NCBI GenBank assembly: GCA_023703655.1
Contig: CP097973.1
Span: 798,170 to 862,169, forward strand
Reading direction: 5' to 3'
DNA: 64,000 nt
Source: SAR86 cluster bacterium
GTDB lineage: Bacteria; Pseudomonadota; Gammaproteobacteria; Magnimaribacterales; D2472
The position numbers and the translations under genes were made by a program. Below the pieces are notes generated by a model. It was not told the origin of the DNA. It did no database searches and saw only the letters and a program-made list of their open reading frames with translations. Below are positions 28,326 to 38,400 of this stretch, one piece after another; within the stretch, counting starts at the first letter, position 1; the number at the start of each line of letters is the position of its first letter.

Positions 28326-29207
28326 TTATGATTCTGTTATTGTCATTCTAGCAAAGTAGATACCAATTAAAGCAATTATCACGAAGCATATTTGTAAAAA
28401 CGTTAGCACTTCAAAAAATAGTACTGCTCCAGCAATTGTTGCAACGATTGGTTGCATCAGTAAACCAATTGATGAGGCTGCAATGTTTATCCTTGGCATG
28501 GCAAATGTTATAAAAAACTGACCAGATACTTGACACAAAATTGCCAACATTATTAAGTTAAGCCATTCATTCGTATTTGATGGCCAGCTTTGATTGGACT
28601 CAATCATGCCAAATATAAATGCATAAAATGCACAAAAAACAGTTGTATAAAAGATAATTTTTAATGCACTCTCATTTCCCAATCTAGAAACTATAATTAA
28701 ATATACAGCATATAAAATTCCAGCTACCAAAGAAATTAGATCACCTATTAATGAAGAAATGCCTGTCTTGCTTGAAAAATATATCAATCCAACTACACCT
28801 GTGTAAGTAATAATGATTGAAAGTAGATTTTTAGGGCTGAAATTATAATTCAAAAATACTACACCAAACAAAATCACATAAACTGGTGCAGTATTGACCA
28901 TAATTGTTGCGTTAGAAATAGTTGTCAATTCAATACTCCAATGCCAGCCTGCAAGATCAAGTGAAAAAGCTAATGACGCGATCGCACAAAATATGTAACT
29001 TTTTAAGCTATTAAGTTTAAGTGGATTTTTGTTATTTAAAATTAAATTTAATATGAGTAACATTGGAATTGAAAGAGACATTCTGTAAAACAGTATCCAA
29101 CTCGGAGATAATTCACTAAACCTTACAAAAATTGGGGCAAGGCCAATTAGGGAAGCTCCCAAGAGTAATGAACCAAAGGCCAACAATGAATGTTTTTCAT
29201 TTTTCAT
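28326..29207 (-). CDS. DMT-superfamily (EamA-like) transporter
   Basis: 293 aa with 10 predicted TM helices arranged as two EamA-like repeats. Confidence 0.8.
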   Translation of the reverse strand: MKNEKHSLLAFGSLLLGASLIGLAPIFVRFSELSPSWILFYRMSLSIPMLLILNLILNNKNPLKLNSLKSYIFCAIASLAFSLDLAGWHWSIELTTISNATIMVNTAPVYVILFGVVFLNYNFSPKNLLSIIITYTGVVGLIYFSSKTGISSLIGDLISLVAGILYAVYLIIVSRLGNESALKIIFYTTVFCAFYAFIFGMIESNQSWPSNTNEWLNLIMLAILCQVSGQFFITFAMPRINIAASSIGLLMQPIVATIAGAVLFFEVLTFLQICFVIIALIGIYFARMTITES

Positions 29208-29234
29208 AGGGCTATACTAACTTAATAAAAAGTT

Positions 29235-30581
29235 ATGCCAGAAAATAAAAAACATATTTTTACAGTTGCTGAATTAAATAGACACGCGAAAGACGTACTT
29301 GAGGATCAGTTTGCTGAAATTTCAGTAATGGGAGAAATCTCTGGCATTGCACGTCCATCTTCTGGTCATCTTTACTTCACATTAAAAGATGATTCTGCCT
29401 CAATAAGATGTGCTATGTTTAGGCAGCAAAATATGAGGTTAAATTTTAATCCTGAAAATGGTAATGAAATTGTTGTTGTTGGGCAAATAAGTATTTACGC
29501 AGCAAGAGGTGATTATCAAATGATTGTTAAAAGCATGGAACCGCATGGTGAAGGTGCCTTAATGCAACAATTTGAAAAATTAAAAAATAATCTTAAGGAA
29601 GAGGGATTATTTGATACAGAGTATAAAAAAATAATTCCGAAATATCCTAAACACATAGGTATTATTACCTCCGAATCAACTGCAGCGCTTCAGGATGTTA
29701 TTTCTGCATTTGAACGAAGAGCTCCAAATGCACAGTTAACGACTATTCCTGCTATTGTTCAGGGCGATCTTGCACCTAAGTCATTAATAAATGCAATTAA
29801 AAATGCAGAAAGATTTAATTTTAAAAATTCTCATAACCAGATTGATCTCTTAATTATCTGTCGGGGTGGAGGATCTATTGAAGATTTATGGTGCTTTAAC
29901 AATGAGGATTTAGCAAGAAAAATTTATGAATTAAAAATACCGATTATTTCAGGTGTAGGACATGAGATAGATTTCACTATTGTTGATTTTGTCAGTGATA
30001 TTCGAGCACCCACTCCTACTGCTGCGGCAGAAATGGCTAGTGAATCATATTTTAAGATTCACAATCTACTCGAGGAAAATCTCCGCAATATTAAATTGCA
30101 ATTATCCAAATTTATACAAAATTACTCATCATATATTGCAAATCTTTCAAAAAGAATCGTCTCGCCTAAGACAATAATTCGGGATCGAAAACAATCCTTA
30201 GATAATATTGAGATAAGAATAAGCAGCTTGATAAGCAAACAACTTATGCAAGAAAATAACAGATTAGATCTGGTTATAAATAACTTAAAAAGGTCATCAG
30301 TACAGTCAAGACTTTTAAAAACTAAAAGTGAGCTAGGCTCAATCTCTCAGGACATAGCTCGCCTTATCACTGATAAGATAAAAAATAATAATTTGCATTT
30401 AAATTCTCTAAGACAAGCACTAAACATTGTTAGTCCATATTCAATATTAGAACGAGGATATGCCATAGTATCCAATAAAAAAAATGAAATAGTCAAAAAT
30501 GCAAATTCAGTTAAAGAAAGTGACGTATTGAGTGTAAAACTGTCTAAGGGAGAAATCGAGGTGATTGTAAAAAATGAATAG
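29235..30581 (+). CDS. xseA: Exodeoxyribonuclease VII large subunit XseA
   Basis: 448 aa. OB-fold N-terminus (FTVAELNRHAKDVLEDQF..ISVMGEISG...SGHLYFTLKD), catalytic region GRGGGSIEDLW, long coiled-coil C-terminus. Confidence 0.93.
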   Translation: MPENKKHIFTVAELNRHAKDVLEDQFAEISVMGEISGIARPSSGHLYFTLKDDSASIRCAMFRQQNMRLNFNPENGNEIVVVGQISIYAARGDYQMIVKSMEPHGEGALMQQFEKLKNNLKEEGLFDTEYKKIIPKYPKHIGIITSESTAALQDVISAFERRAPNAQLTTIPAIVQGDLAPKSLINAIKNAERFNFKNSHNQIDLLIICRGGGSIEDLWCFNNEDLARKIYELKIPIISGVGHEIDFTIVDFVSDIRAPTPTAAAEMASESYFKIHNLLEENLRNIKLQLSKFIQNYSSYIANLSKRIVSPKTIIRDRKQSLDNIEIRISSLISKQLMQENNRLDLVINNLKRSSVQSRLLKTKSELGSISQDIARLITDKIKNNNLHLNSLRQALNIVSPYSILERGYAIVSNKKNEIVKNANSVKESDVLSVKLSKGEIEVIVKNE

Positions 30582-31356
30582 ATGGCCAGTCCTGTTATTG
30601 CTTGTTTTCTCTTTAGATTCTTATGTGAAGGAAGAAATTTTCTTAAGCGGCGATTTAGCGTCAGTATCTGTGCCTTCGGAAAATGTGAATGGAGTAATTA
30701 TTAAGGTGAAGAATGACAACAAGAAAATAATACCAATTCCCTACTTATATGAAGATAAAAATATTTTTATTGAAGCCATAAACACTTATATCAAGGCAAA
30801 ATACGTTAATTATGGTGAATCTAGAATTACGATTAAAAATGAGTCTTTAGTTAATTTAAGTCCAAAAGACTCAATACGTGTGCAAGAAGAAGCTAAGCTT
30901 ATTGAAACTGTTCTTGCATCAAGCGATTTTTCCATAATGCCATCATTTGAGTTTATAAGACCAGTTGCAGGTCAAATTACTTCAAGGTATGGAAAACAAA
31001 GATATATTAATGGTCAGAAGAGATCTGTTCATCTTGCGTTAGATCTTGATGGTGAAATTGGAGATAAGATCATAGCTCCAATGAAAGGCAAAGTTGTTCT
31101 TGTTAAAGACTTGTTTTATACAGGCAACACAGTGATTTTAGATCATGGCGGAAATTTGTTTACTTCTTACGCACATATGAATGAGGCAATTGTTAGTGAA
31201 GGTGATTTTATAATCCCTGGTTCAATTATTGGATATGTTGGTTCAACTGGAAGGGTTACAGGTCCCCACTTGCACTGGACAGTGTATTTCGAAAATATAA
31301 GAATTAATCCTGAACAATTTCTTAATGAGAATTTTTTAGAAAGTCTCTTGCAATGA
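30574..31356 (+). CDS. M23-family metallopeptidase (secreted peptidoglycan hydrolase-like)
   Basis: 260 aa with a signal peptide. M23 motifs HLALDLDG and GSTGRVTGPHLHWTV. Confidence 0.88.
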   Translation: MNRWPVLLLLVFSLDSYVKEEIFLSGDLASVSVPSENVNGVIIKVKNDNKKIIPIPYLYEDKNIFIEAINTYIKAKYVNYGESRITIKNESLVNLSPKDSIRVQEEAKLIETVLASSDFSIMPSFEFIRPVAGQITSRYGKQRYINGQKRSVHLALDLDGEIGDKIIAPMKGKVVLVKDLFYTGNTVILDHGGNLFTSYAHMNEAIVSEGDFIIPGSIIGYVGSTGRVTGPHLHWTVYFENIRINPEQFLNENFLESLLQ

Positions 31357-31791
31357 TTGGAGTAAATCACTAATAGATTTCTCATCGATGGGTTTTCTTG
31401 ATTCAAAAAGAACATCTCCCTCACTGTTAATAAAATATGTAGCCGGCAAGGTACTTGGAGGCTCAATGCCCCAAATATCAAATGGATTTGAGAGCAGTGC
31501 AGGATAATTATGTTTAAATTTTTTGAGCTGCTTTGTTAGCTCCTCTCCCGCCAGTCTATCAAAGTTGTATCCTAAAACATAAACGTGAGGATTGTTTGCT
31601 GCAAAATTGCTTAATTCAGGAATTTCTTTAATGCAAGGTGGGCACCAATCAGCCCAATAGTTGAGCACTATCCAACTTCCCTCAAAGTCTTTTTTGGACA
31701 TATTTGATTGCTCATGTATTTCGATGTCCCCCTGACTGCATGCAAGCAATGTTGAGCACAATGCTAATATCAAAAAATTTTTACTATTCAT
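31336..31791 (-). CDS. TlpA/ResA-like thioredoxin-fold thiol-disulfide oxidoreductase, lipoprotein
   Basis: 151 aa. Lipobox LLAC-SQ and redox motif WADWCPPCIKE. Confidence 0.85.
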   Translation of the reverse strand: MNSKNFLILALCSTLLACSQGDIEIHEQSNMSKKDFEGSWIVLNYWADWCPPCIKEIPELSNFAANNPHVYVLGYNFDRLAGEELTKQLKKFKHNYPALLSNPFDIWGIEPPSTLPATYFINSEGDVLFESRKPIDEKSISDLLQSLQETF

Positions 31792-31816
31792 AAGTATTGC
31801 GATGTAATATTTAATA

Positions 31817-32389
31817 ATGAAAGATCCATATTTACTAGTATTATTTTACTCTGCCTCCGGCAATGTGAGGGGTTTGGCTCATGCTATTGCTAATGGTGCA
31901 GAATATGAAGGCCTTCCAACTAAATTGAGGACAGTTAATAGAATCTCAAGAGAAGGTGATGAAATATGTGAAGAAATAATATGTACTAAAGAAGAACTTG
32001 TTAATTGCAGTGGTTTAGCATTAGGATCTCCCACAAGATTTGGATCAATGGCAGCACCACTTAAATATTTTTTGGATCAAACTGGTGATTTGTGGTCAAA
32101 CAATGCTCTTGAAAATAAACCAGGTATTGCTTTCACTTCAACCGGATCAATGCATGGAGGTCAGGAACTCACCATAATGAATTTAATCACATTTATGTTT
32201 CATCATGGGATGTTTATTTTAGGATCGCCCTATTCGATTAAAGAAATGCATTCAACTAAAGGCGGTGGTACACCCTATGGACCAAGTAGTGTCAGTGGCA
32301 ATCAAACAAATTTAACCAATGATGAAAAAATTATTGCTGAAAAAAGTGGTGGGAGAATTGCGCGTTTTATCTTGAATAAACATGCTTAA
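31817..32389 (+). CDS. wrbA: Flavodoxin-like NAD(P)H:quinone oxidoreductase WrbA
   Basis: 190 aa. Motifs LVLFYSASGNV...LAHAIA, GSPTRFGSMAAPLKYFLD and GGQELT. Confidence 0.88.
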   Translation: MKDPYLLVLFYSASGNVRGLAHAIANGAEYEGLPTKLRTVNRISREGDEICEEIICTKEELVNCSGLALGSPTRFGSMAAPLKYFLDQTGDLWSNNALENKPGIAFTSTGSMHGGQELTIMNLITFMFHHGMFILGSPYSIKEMHSTKGGGTPYGPSSVSGNQTNLTNDEKIIAEKSGGRIARFILNKHA

Positions 32390-32720
32390 TTTTTTAAAAG
32401 GACTTGATACATTCCGGCTTTTAATTTCCTTATATCTAGTTTTTTCACTTGTAAAACAGTTTTTTAGTAATTTTCCAATATTAATTTTTGTCTTATGGTT
32501 GCTTCCACTAATAATAATTGCATACATTTCGTTGCGTCATCCAACAAAAAAATTCTTTCAATCTATAGGTTTTATTTTCCTTATATATTTTATGTTTGAT
32601 TCCGTTACAGTATTTGGAGTTCAAAATGTAAATATTGAAGAAATCATAGAAGTTACATTTCTTATAACTTTGTTTATAAATTCAGTGCTTGTTGCAGCAA
32701 ATATACAACAAAAAAGATAA
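32382..32720 (+). CDS. Small membrane protein (DUF2069-like), the usual downstream partner of wrbA
   Basis: 112 aa with 3-4 TM helices. Overlaps the wrbA stop by 8 nt. Family assignment is from memory and context. Confidence 0.55.
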   Translation: MLNFLKGLDTFRLLISLYLVFSLVKQFFSNFPILIFVLWLLPLIIIAYISLRHPTKKFFQSIGFIFLIYFMFDSVTVFGVQNVNIEEIIEVTFLITLFINSVLVAANIQQKR

Positions 32721-33169
32721 TGGATAATGAAGAATTTAAACTGATCTACAACAAAGCATTAGATCTTATATCAAGACGCGAACATTCAAAATACGAATTG
32801 TTTCTCAAAGTTAAGAGAAAATTTCCAGATCGTATAAATGTTATTGATAATGCTCTCACTAAGCTTGAACAGCATGGACTTATCAACGATAGAAGGTTTG
32901 CTGAAATGTATATCATGCATAGAGCAAATAAAGGTTTTGGTCCAAAAAAGATAGAGATGGAACTACAAAACAAAAAGATCTCTTCTTCGATAATATCTGA
33001 AATCATAAATGACTTTGAAGGATGGAACGAAGCAATTAAAAAATCTTACAAAAAGAAATTTGGTGAAAAAAATCTATCCGAAGTTGGAGCCATCCTAAAA
33101 GCGAAAAGATTTTTATATCAAAGAGGATTTAATGAGTTGCAAATTCAGTCTGTTTTAGGGGATGCATGA
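32720..33169 (+). CDS. recX: Recombination regulator RecX
   Basis: 149 aa. RecX helical-repeat pattern (ALDLISRREHSKYELFLKV..., INDRRFAEMYIMHRANKGFGPKKIEMEL, FLYQRGF). Confidence 0.85.
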   Translation: MDNEEFKLIYNKALDLISRREHSKYELFLKVKRKFPDRINVIDNALTKLEQHGLINDRRFAEMYIMHRANKGFGPKKIEMELQNKKISSSIISEIINDFEGWNEAIKKSYKKKFGEKNLSEVGAILKAKRFLYQRGFNELQIQSVLGDA

Positions 33170-33183
33170 TATTATAAGAGTCT

Positions 33184-34764
33184 ATGTCTCAAGATGTGCT
33201 TGCAAGAAAATATAGGCCAAGTAAATTTGCTGAGGTTGTTGGTCAAAATCATGTATTGCAATCAATAAAGACTATTCTCGAAAAAAATATCTCACATCAA
33301 GCATATATCTTTTCAGGAACTCGAGGAGTTGGAAAGACAACACTTGCAAGATTGATAGCAAAATCATTGCACTGCCAAGAACTAAATGACTCATTTGAGG
33401 CCTGTGGCAAATGTGATGCTTGCAAATCAATGCATAATAACAGTCATATTGAATTTATTGAGGTTGATGCAGCATCTAACACTCAAGTTGATAAAATCAG
33501 AGAGCTTCTTGAAAGCTCAATGTACAAACCATCATCTTCAAAATATAAAATATATCTTATTGACGAAGTTCATATGCTTTCAAAAGGAAGTTTCAATGCA
33601 CTTTTAAAAACCTTGGAGGAGCCGCCTGAACATATTGTTTTTTTAATGGCAACTACTGAGATAGAAAAAGTACCCAAAACAATACTTTCTAGATGTTTAC
33701 AATTTCATCTAAGAACAGTGTCAGGTGATGAACTTGTAAAGCACTTAGAGAAAGTGCTCAAGGCAGAGAAAATTAAATTTGATACTCCTGCAGTTGAACA
33801 AATATCAATTGCAGCAAATGGTTCTGTCAGAGACGCGCTCACTTTGGCTGATCAATGCATTGCATTTTGTGATGGTAAATTATCAGGTGATCAGATTAAT
33901 GATCTTCTGGGGACAATTGATGAATCAAATATATTTGAATTGCTAGAAAACGTTTTTATGGGCAATGGAGAGGCAGCATATAATTCACTAACTAGGTTAT
34001 TTGAGGATCAAGTGGATTATGAGAATATTTTGCAAGCCATATTAAGACTGCTTCACAAAATTATTTTGCAAAAAGAGCTCTCAAATTCTGATAATTCACA
34101 AGTAGCAACGCTAGCGAACAATATTCAAAAAGATGTTGGTCAGCTTTTTTATGAAATAACTTTAGATGGGTTGAGCAAATTCTCTATTCATCCAAATCCA
34201 AGACAAGCAGTTGAATTTGCTGTAATGAGAATGCTGGCATTTAGTTCATTAAACAAAAATGGCGAAATAGAAACTGAAAAAAAAAATTTTGATGGATTAG
34301 CTATCAAAGAAACTACCATAGATAATAATCCAAAATACTCTTCTGCTGATGAAAAAAAACAGCCTCAAAAAGAAAAAATCAATCATTTAATTACGAGAGA
34401 TGAATGGAACAAAACATATTTTGAACTAGAGCTCTCAGGAATTATTCAACAGATGTTTGCAAGCTTCGAACTAAAATCATTTTGTAAAAATTCAATTGTG
34501 TTTATCAAAGATGCAAATGTCGAGGCCCCTACTAAAAATATACAAAGTAAATTTATTGAAGTTATTCAAAAAAAGTTTGCAATATCACCAGTGCTGTTTT
34601 TTGAAGATGGTCAACCAGATTTTTCACCGCAAGAATGGAAAAATGAAAATCTCCGAATTCAACAAAATAAAAATTTATCGGATTTTAAAAAAACAAAGAT
34701 TATTTCTGAATATTTAGATGCTTTTAGTGCAACTGTGGATATCAATTCGATTTCAAAAAAATAA
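33184..34764 (+). CDS. dnaX: DNA polymerase III subunit tau (and possibly gamma) DnaX
   Basis: 526 aa. Motifs LARKYRPSKFAEVVGQ, Walker A GTRGVGKTT, zinc module CGKCDACK, DEVHMLS and SRC (ILSRCLQF). Confidence 0.96.
   Translation: MSQDVLARKYRPSKFAEVVGQNHVLQSIKTILEKNISHQAYIFSGTRGVGKTTLARLIAKSLHCQELNDSFEACGKCDACKSMHNNSHIEFIEVDAASNTQVDKIRELLESSMYKPSSSKYKIYLIDEVHMLSKGSFNALLKTLEEPPEHIVFLMATTEIEKVPKTILSRCLQFHLRTVSGDELVKHLEKVLKAEKIKFDTPAVEQISIAANGSVRDALTLADQCIAFCDGKLSGDQINDLLGTIDESNIFELLENVFMGNGEAAYNSLTRLFEDQVDYENILQAILRLLHKIILQKELSNSDNSQVATLANNIQKDVGQLFYEITLDGLSKFSIHPNPRQAVEFAVMRMLAFSSLNKNGEIETEKKNFDGLAIKETTIDNNPKYSSADEKKQPQKEKINHLITRDEWNKTYFELELSGIIQQMFASFELKSFCKNSIVFIKDANVEAPTKNIQSKFIEVIQKKFAISPVLFFEDGQPDFSPQEWKNENLRIQQNKNLSDFKKTKIISEYLDAFSATVDINSISKK
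34277..34307 (+). other. Candidate dnaX recoding signal: A10 slippery run, stop codons in both shifted frames, and a 7-bp hairpin
   Basis: The zero frame reads gaA AAA AAA AAt ttt gat. The -1 frame reads AAA TTT TGA, with the stop at 34290-34292. The +1 frame stops at TAG 34298-34300. Hairpin ttgatgg-attag-ctatcaa lies at 34289-34307. The site is at codon ~365, just after the clamp-loader domain III motif MRMLAF. Confidence 0.5.
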
Positions 34765-35352
34765 ATGAAAGATTTATTACATGAACTTATTGAAGCGCTA
34801 ACATTATTGCCAGGCGTTGGTAAAAAGTCAGCACAACGTATGGCACTATTTCTTTTGGATAAAAATAAAGATGGTGCAATGTTTATAGCAGAAACTCTAA
34901 AAACTGCAGTAGAAAATGTTAGGAAATGTAATGATTGCAGAATTCTCACAAGCTCAGAAATATGTTCGATATGCTCTGATGGACGAAGAGATAAATCAAA
35001 AATATGTGTAGTTGAAAATCCATCAGACGTACTAGCTATTGAGACCACAGGAGGTTTTAGAGGGTTGTACTTTGTTTTAATGGGAAGGTTGTCACCCTTG
35101 GATGATGTAAAGCCTGAAGATTTAGGTATACCTCAACTAATTACAAGGATAAACAAAGGCGTTGTTAAAGAAATAATTTTAGCAACGAGCTCTACTGTTG
35201 AAGGTGATGCAACTGCTTATTTCATCAAAGATCATATTAAAAATGTCAAAGTTTCAAGAATTTCTTATGGTATACCTATTGGAGGTGAACTTGAATATGT
35301 TGACGCTAATACTATTGCTCGAGCTATTCAAGGTAGAATAGATTTATCATGA
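34765..35352 (+). CDS. recR: Recombination protein RecR
   Basis: 195 aa. HhH motif [13 protein letters not shown], Cys4 zinc finger CNDC...CSIC, Toprim region [15 protein letters not shown] directly follows the dnaX TAA. Confidence 0.96.
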   Translation: MKDLLHELIEALTLLPGVGKKSAQRMALFLLDKNKDGAMFIAETLKTAVENVRKCNDCRILTSSEICSICSDGRRDKSKICVVENPSDVLAIETTGGFRGLYFVLMGRLSPLDDVKPEDLGIPQLITRINKGVVKEIILATSSTVEGDATAYFIKDHIKNVKVSRISYGIPIGGELEYVDANTIARAIQGRIDLS

Positions 35353-35915
35353 TAAAGTCAGATAAATGGATAAAAAAAATGGCGCACGAGAAGCAGCTAA
35401 TCGAGCCCTTCTGTGAAAATCAAGTTAAAAAAGAATCAAATGGTAATAGAATCATTTCTTATGGAGTTTCAAGTTACGGATATGATGTGAGATGCGCCAA
35501 CGAATTTAAGGTATTTACAAACATCCATTCAGCTATTGTTGATCCAAAAGCCTTTGATGATCAAAGCTTTGTTGATGTGCGGTCAAATGTTTGTGTAATT
35601 CCACCTAATTCATTCGCTTTAGCAAGAACGATTGAATATTTTAAAATACCAAGAAATATACTGACAATTTGCCTTGGAAAGTCCACTTATGCTAGATGTG
35701 GAATTATTGTAAATGTTACCCCCCTTGAGCCTGAGTGGGAGGGTCATGTAACACTTGAATTTTCAAATACAACCACCTTACCAGCAAAAATTTATGCAGG
35801 AGAAGGTGTTGCTCAAATGATATTCCTTGAATCAGATGAAGATTGTGAAGTAAGTTATAAAGATAGAGACGGGAAATATCAGGGACAAAAGGGAGTGACT
35901 TTACCCAAAACTTAA
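35349..35915 (+). CDS. dcd: dCTP deaminase Dcd
   Basis: 188 aa. Motifs [17 protein letters not shown] and [11 protein letters not shown]. Confidence 0.93.
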   Translation: MIKSDKWIKKMAHEKQLIEPFCENQVKKESNGNRIISYGVSSYGYDVRCANEFKVFTNIHSAIVDPKAFDDQSFVDVRSNVCVIPPNSFALARTIEYFKIPRNILTICLGKSTYARCGIIVNVTPLEPEWEGHVTLEFSNTTTLPAKIYAGEGVAQMIFLESDEDCEVSYKDRDGKYQGQKGVTLPKT

Positions 35916-36638
35916 GAGTTCTTTTATAGACAACTTAATCTTGCCGTCTGGATCATCATCAGTAATTTGCATCATCAAAAAATCTAACTCAATTGCTACA
36001 ACATAGGTGGTAATTCGATCTTCTTCTGGCCTGATACGTTTAATTATCAAACAGTCATACACCTTTCCATTCAGCTCATAAGTAGTTTTATCAATTACTT
36101 CATAATTATTTGGTCTAATTTCACCATTTTTCAATTCAGGTAAGAGGAGTTGAAATTCTTTTTTGCCTTGTTTTAGTAGCTGTCTTATTCTCACTTGAAC
36201 ATTCAAGGGGTCATAAACAACCTCATCATTTAGTGATGCCTCCCACTCGTGTTGCCCTTTGCTTGATAAAATAAGATTATCCCAATCAAAAATTAATGAA
36301 GAAAATCTTCTAAAAAATGTAAAACGGAAATTTGCATCATAACTTAGTGACTTTATTGAGGTGCCATCAATAAATTTTGATTTAAATTCAGCTTTGATTA
36401 AAGATGAATCATCATCAAATGAAAAAATTCTTTGGTCATCAACAGTTTTAAGCTCTCGAACTCCTTGAAAATCAAACCTTTCAGACTCAAATAAATATCT
36501 AGCTTTGAAATCAGGAATCTCTGAATTAGCCGAGCATAAAACTGAATAAAATATCAAAAATGATGCTAAGTATTTATTTCCATTCATAATTAACAACATT
36601 ATTTTCATAGAAAATTGAATCTTTGGTGAATTTAACAT
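35901..36638 (-). CDS. DUF3108-like secreted protein (conserved neighbour of purN); start uncertain
   Basis: This is the maximal ORF. The plausible signal peptide [20 protein letters not shown] begins at ATG 36587, and ATG 36608 is also possible. All options overlap the purN 3' end. Confidence 0.6.
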   Translation of the reverse strand: MLNSPKIQFSMKIMLLIMNGNKYLASFLIFYSVLCSANSEIPDFKARYLFESERFDFQGVRELKTVDDQRIFSFDDDSSLIKAEFKSKFIDGTSIKSLSYDANFRFTFFRRFSSLIFDWDNLILSSKGQHEWEASLNDEVVYDPLNVQVRIRQLLKQGKKEFQLLLPELKNGEIRPNNYEVIDKTTYELNGKVYDCLIIKRIRPEEDRITTYVVAIELDFLMMQITDDDPDGKIKLSIKELLSFG

Positions 36639-37224
36639 TCTCGTTCTTGTATTTTATCTTATGATCAATAATCTCAGATACGACTTTAGGATATAAATCG
36701 TGCTCAATCCTATGAATATTATCTATCATTTTGCGTTCATCAGGTGAATCAGGAAGCTTTAAAATTCCTTGTGCAATAATAGCCCCTGCATCAACTACTT
36801 CATTTACATAATGAATTGTAACGCCATGATGTTTATCGTCACTTAAAAGCACTTTTTCATGAGTATTTAAGCCAGGATATTTTGGGAGAATAGAGGGATG
36901 AATATTAATTAACTTACCATTGAAGCATCTAGTAAAAGTTTTGGTAAGAATTCTCATAAAACCAGCCAGAATTATAAGATCTGGATCGAATTGTTCAATA
37001 TGTCTCATAAGGCTTAAATCAAAATCATCTCTTGTTGAGAATTCTTTGTGATCAATACAAATATGCGGAATATTTAGCCTTTTTGCCCGCACTATTCCAA
37101 AAGCATCTGGATTGTTAGAAATTACATTTATAATATTGGAATTAATTTGATTCTTATAGCAGGCCTCTGCGATAGCTTCCAAATTTGATCCATTGCCAGA
37201 TACAAGAACTACAATTCCTGTCAT
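36574..37224 (-). CDS. purN: Phosphoribosylglycinamide formyltransferase PurN
   Basis: 216 aa. Motifs VLVSGNGSNL, LAGFMRIL and INIHPSILP...H (formyl-transferase Asn/His/Asp site). Confidence 0.94.
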   Translation of the reverse strand: MTGIVVLVSGNGSNLEAIAEACYKNQINSNIINVISNNPDAFGIVRAKRLNIPHICIDHKEFSTRDDFDLSLMRHIEQFDPDLIILAGFMRILTKTFTRCFNGKLINIHPSILPKYPGLNTHEKVLLSDDKHHGVTIHYVNEVVDAGAIIAQGILKLPDSPDERKMIDNIHRIEHDLYPKVVSEIIDHKIKYKNENVKFTKDSIFYENNVVNYEWK

Positions 37225-37227
37225 AAT

Positions 37228-38247
37228 TTAATAATAATTTATAGCGCTTGAATTACGCCTAATTGTTTTTCCAATAACAAATGATTTTAACTTATGTTTG
37301 TTTACATACTTATTTAAGTCAGATATATATTTCTTATTAATGATTAAAGCAAGTCCAATTCCACAATTAAAAATTTTTAGCATTTCATCATCACTTATTT
37401 TTCCATTCTCTTGTATCCATCTAAAAGCTGCCGGTTGTCTCCAAGCAGATGTGTCTATTTGTGCTGCTATAGTGTTTGGTAAAATTCTTGGGATGTTTTC
37501 TGTAAGACCGCCTCCGGTGATATGAGCAATCCCTTTAAGTGGAATATTGTCCTCAAGACACTCATTGATGAAAAGAGAATAAATTGTTGTAGGCCTGAGC
37601 AATGCATTTAAAATATTTTTTGGTGGTGAATGCTTTGACAATAATTTTCTTATAAGCGAATATCCATTTGAGTGAGGTCCACTGGAACAGACACCAACAA
37701 TGAGTTCATTTGGTTTGATCTTTTTGCCGTCAATGATACTTTTCTTATCGACTATTCCCACAGAAAAACCTGCTAGATCAAAATTATCTGCCTTGTAATG
37801 TCCAGGCATTTCAGCTGTCTCACCTCCCAGAAGTGGACAAGAGAACTCTCTGCAAGCTTTTGCTACACCTTTTATAATTTTGGATGATTGATGTAATTCT
37901 AATTTTGAAGTTGCATAGTAATCTAGAAAAAATAGTGGCTTTGCACCACAAGCAACAAGATCATTTACACACATCGCAACCAAATCTTGTCCAATTGTAT
38001 TGAATTTTTGATATTGCAGACACAAGTTTAACTTTGTGCCAACTCCATCAGTGCATGCAACAATAACCGGATTCTTAAACTTCTGATTTATTTCATAAAG
38101 ACCAGCAAATCCTCCAATACCATCAATGACATTTGCGTTGTGCGAGGATACAACAGACTTTTTAATTTGACTTATGAGCTTATTTCCAATGTCGATGTTA
38201 ACACCAGCTTTTGAATACGGGTCACTATTTTTAGATGATTTACTCAT
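37228..38247 (-). CDS. purM: Phosphoribosylformylglycinamidine cyclo-ligase PurM
   Basis: 339 aa. Motifs YSKAGVNID, GIGGFAGL, CTDGVGTK and DYYA. Confidence 0.95.
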   Translation of the reverse strand: MSKSSKNSDPYSKAGVNIDIGNKLISQIKKSVVSSHNANVIDGIGGFAGLYEINQKFKNPVIVACTDGVGTKLNLCLQYQKFNTIGQDLVAMCVNDLVACGAKPLFFLDYYATSKLELHQSSKIIKGVAKACREFSCPLLGGETAEMPGHYKADNFDLAGFSVGIVDKKSIIDGKKIKPNELIVGVCSSGPHSNGYSLIRKLLSKHSPPKNILNALLRPTTIYSLFINECLEDNIPLKGIAHITGGGLTENIPRILPNTIAAQIDTSAWRQPAAFRWIQENGKISDDEMLKIFNCGIGLALIINKKYISDLNKYVNKHKLKSFVIGKTIRRNSSAINYY

Positions 38248-38400
38248 TTACAATGATAAGGTGTCGAAAAAATTATTTTTAGCTTGTTTCGCGTCATGTT
38301 TTCAATCTTCAGATATGGTAGGCAGAGAATTTCCTTCAATATCTAAAGCCTTTATTCATCTAAATGATTATACCAACATCAAGAATGGTCTCAATTTATC

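Noticed and set aside
31167-31481. 104-aa minus-strand ORF bridging the M23 peptidase and TlpA-like genes.
   Set aside because: It overlaps the well-supported 3' ends of both convergent genes and has no recognisable features.
38290-38312. Possible PurR box (agcttgtttcgcgtcatgttttc) upstream of purM.
   Set aside because: It resembles only half of the ACGCAAACGTTTGCGT palindrome, with an indel. I cannot tell whether this lineage has PurR at all, so the match is too weak to annotate.
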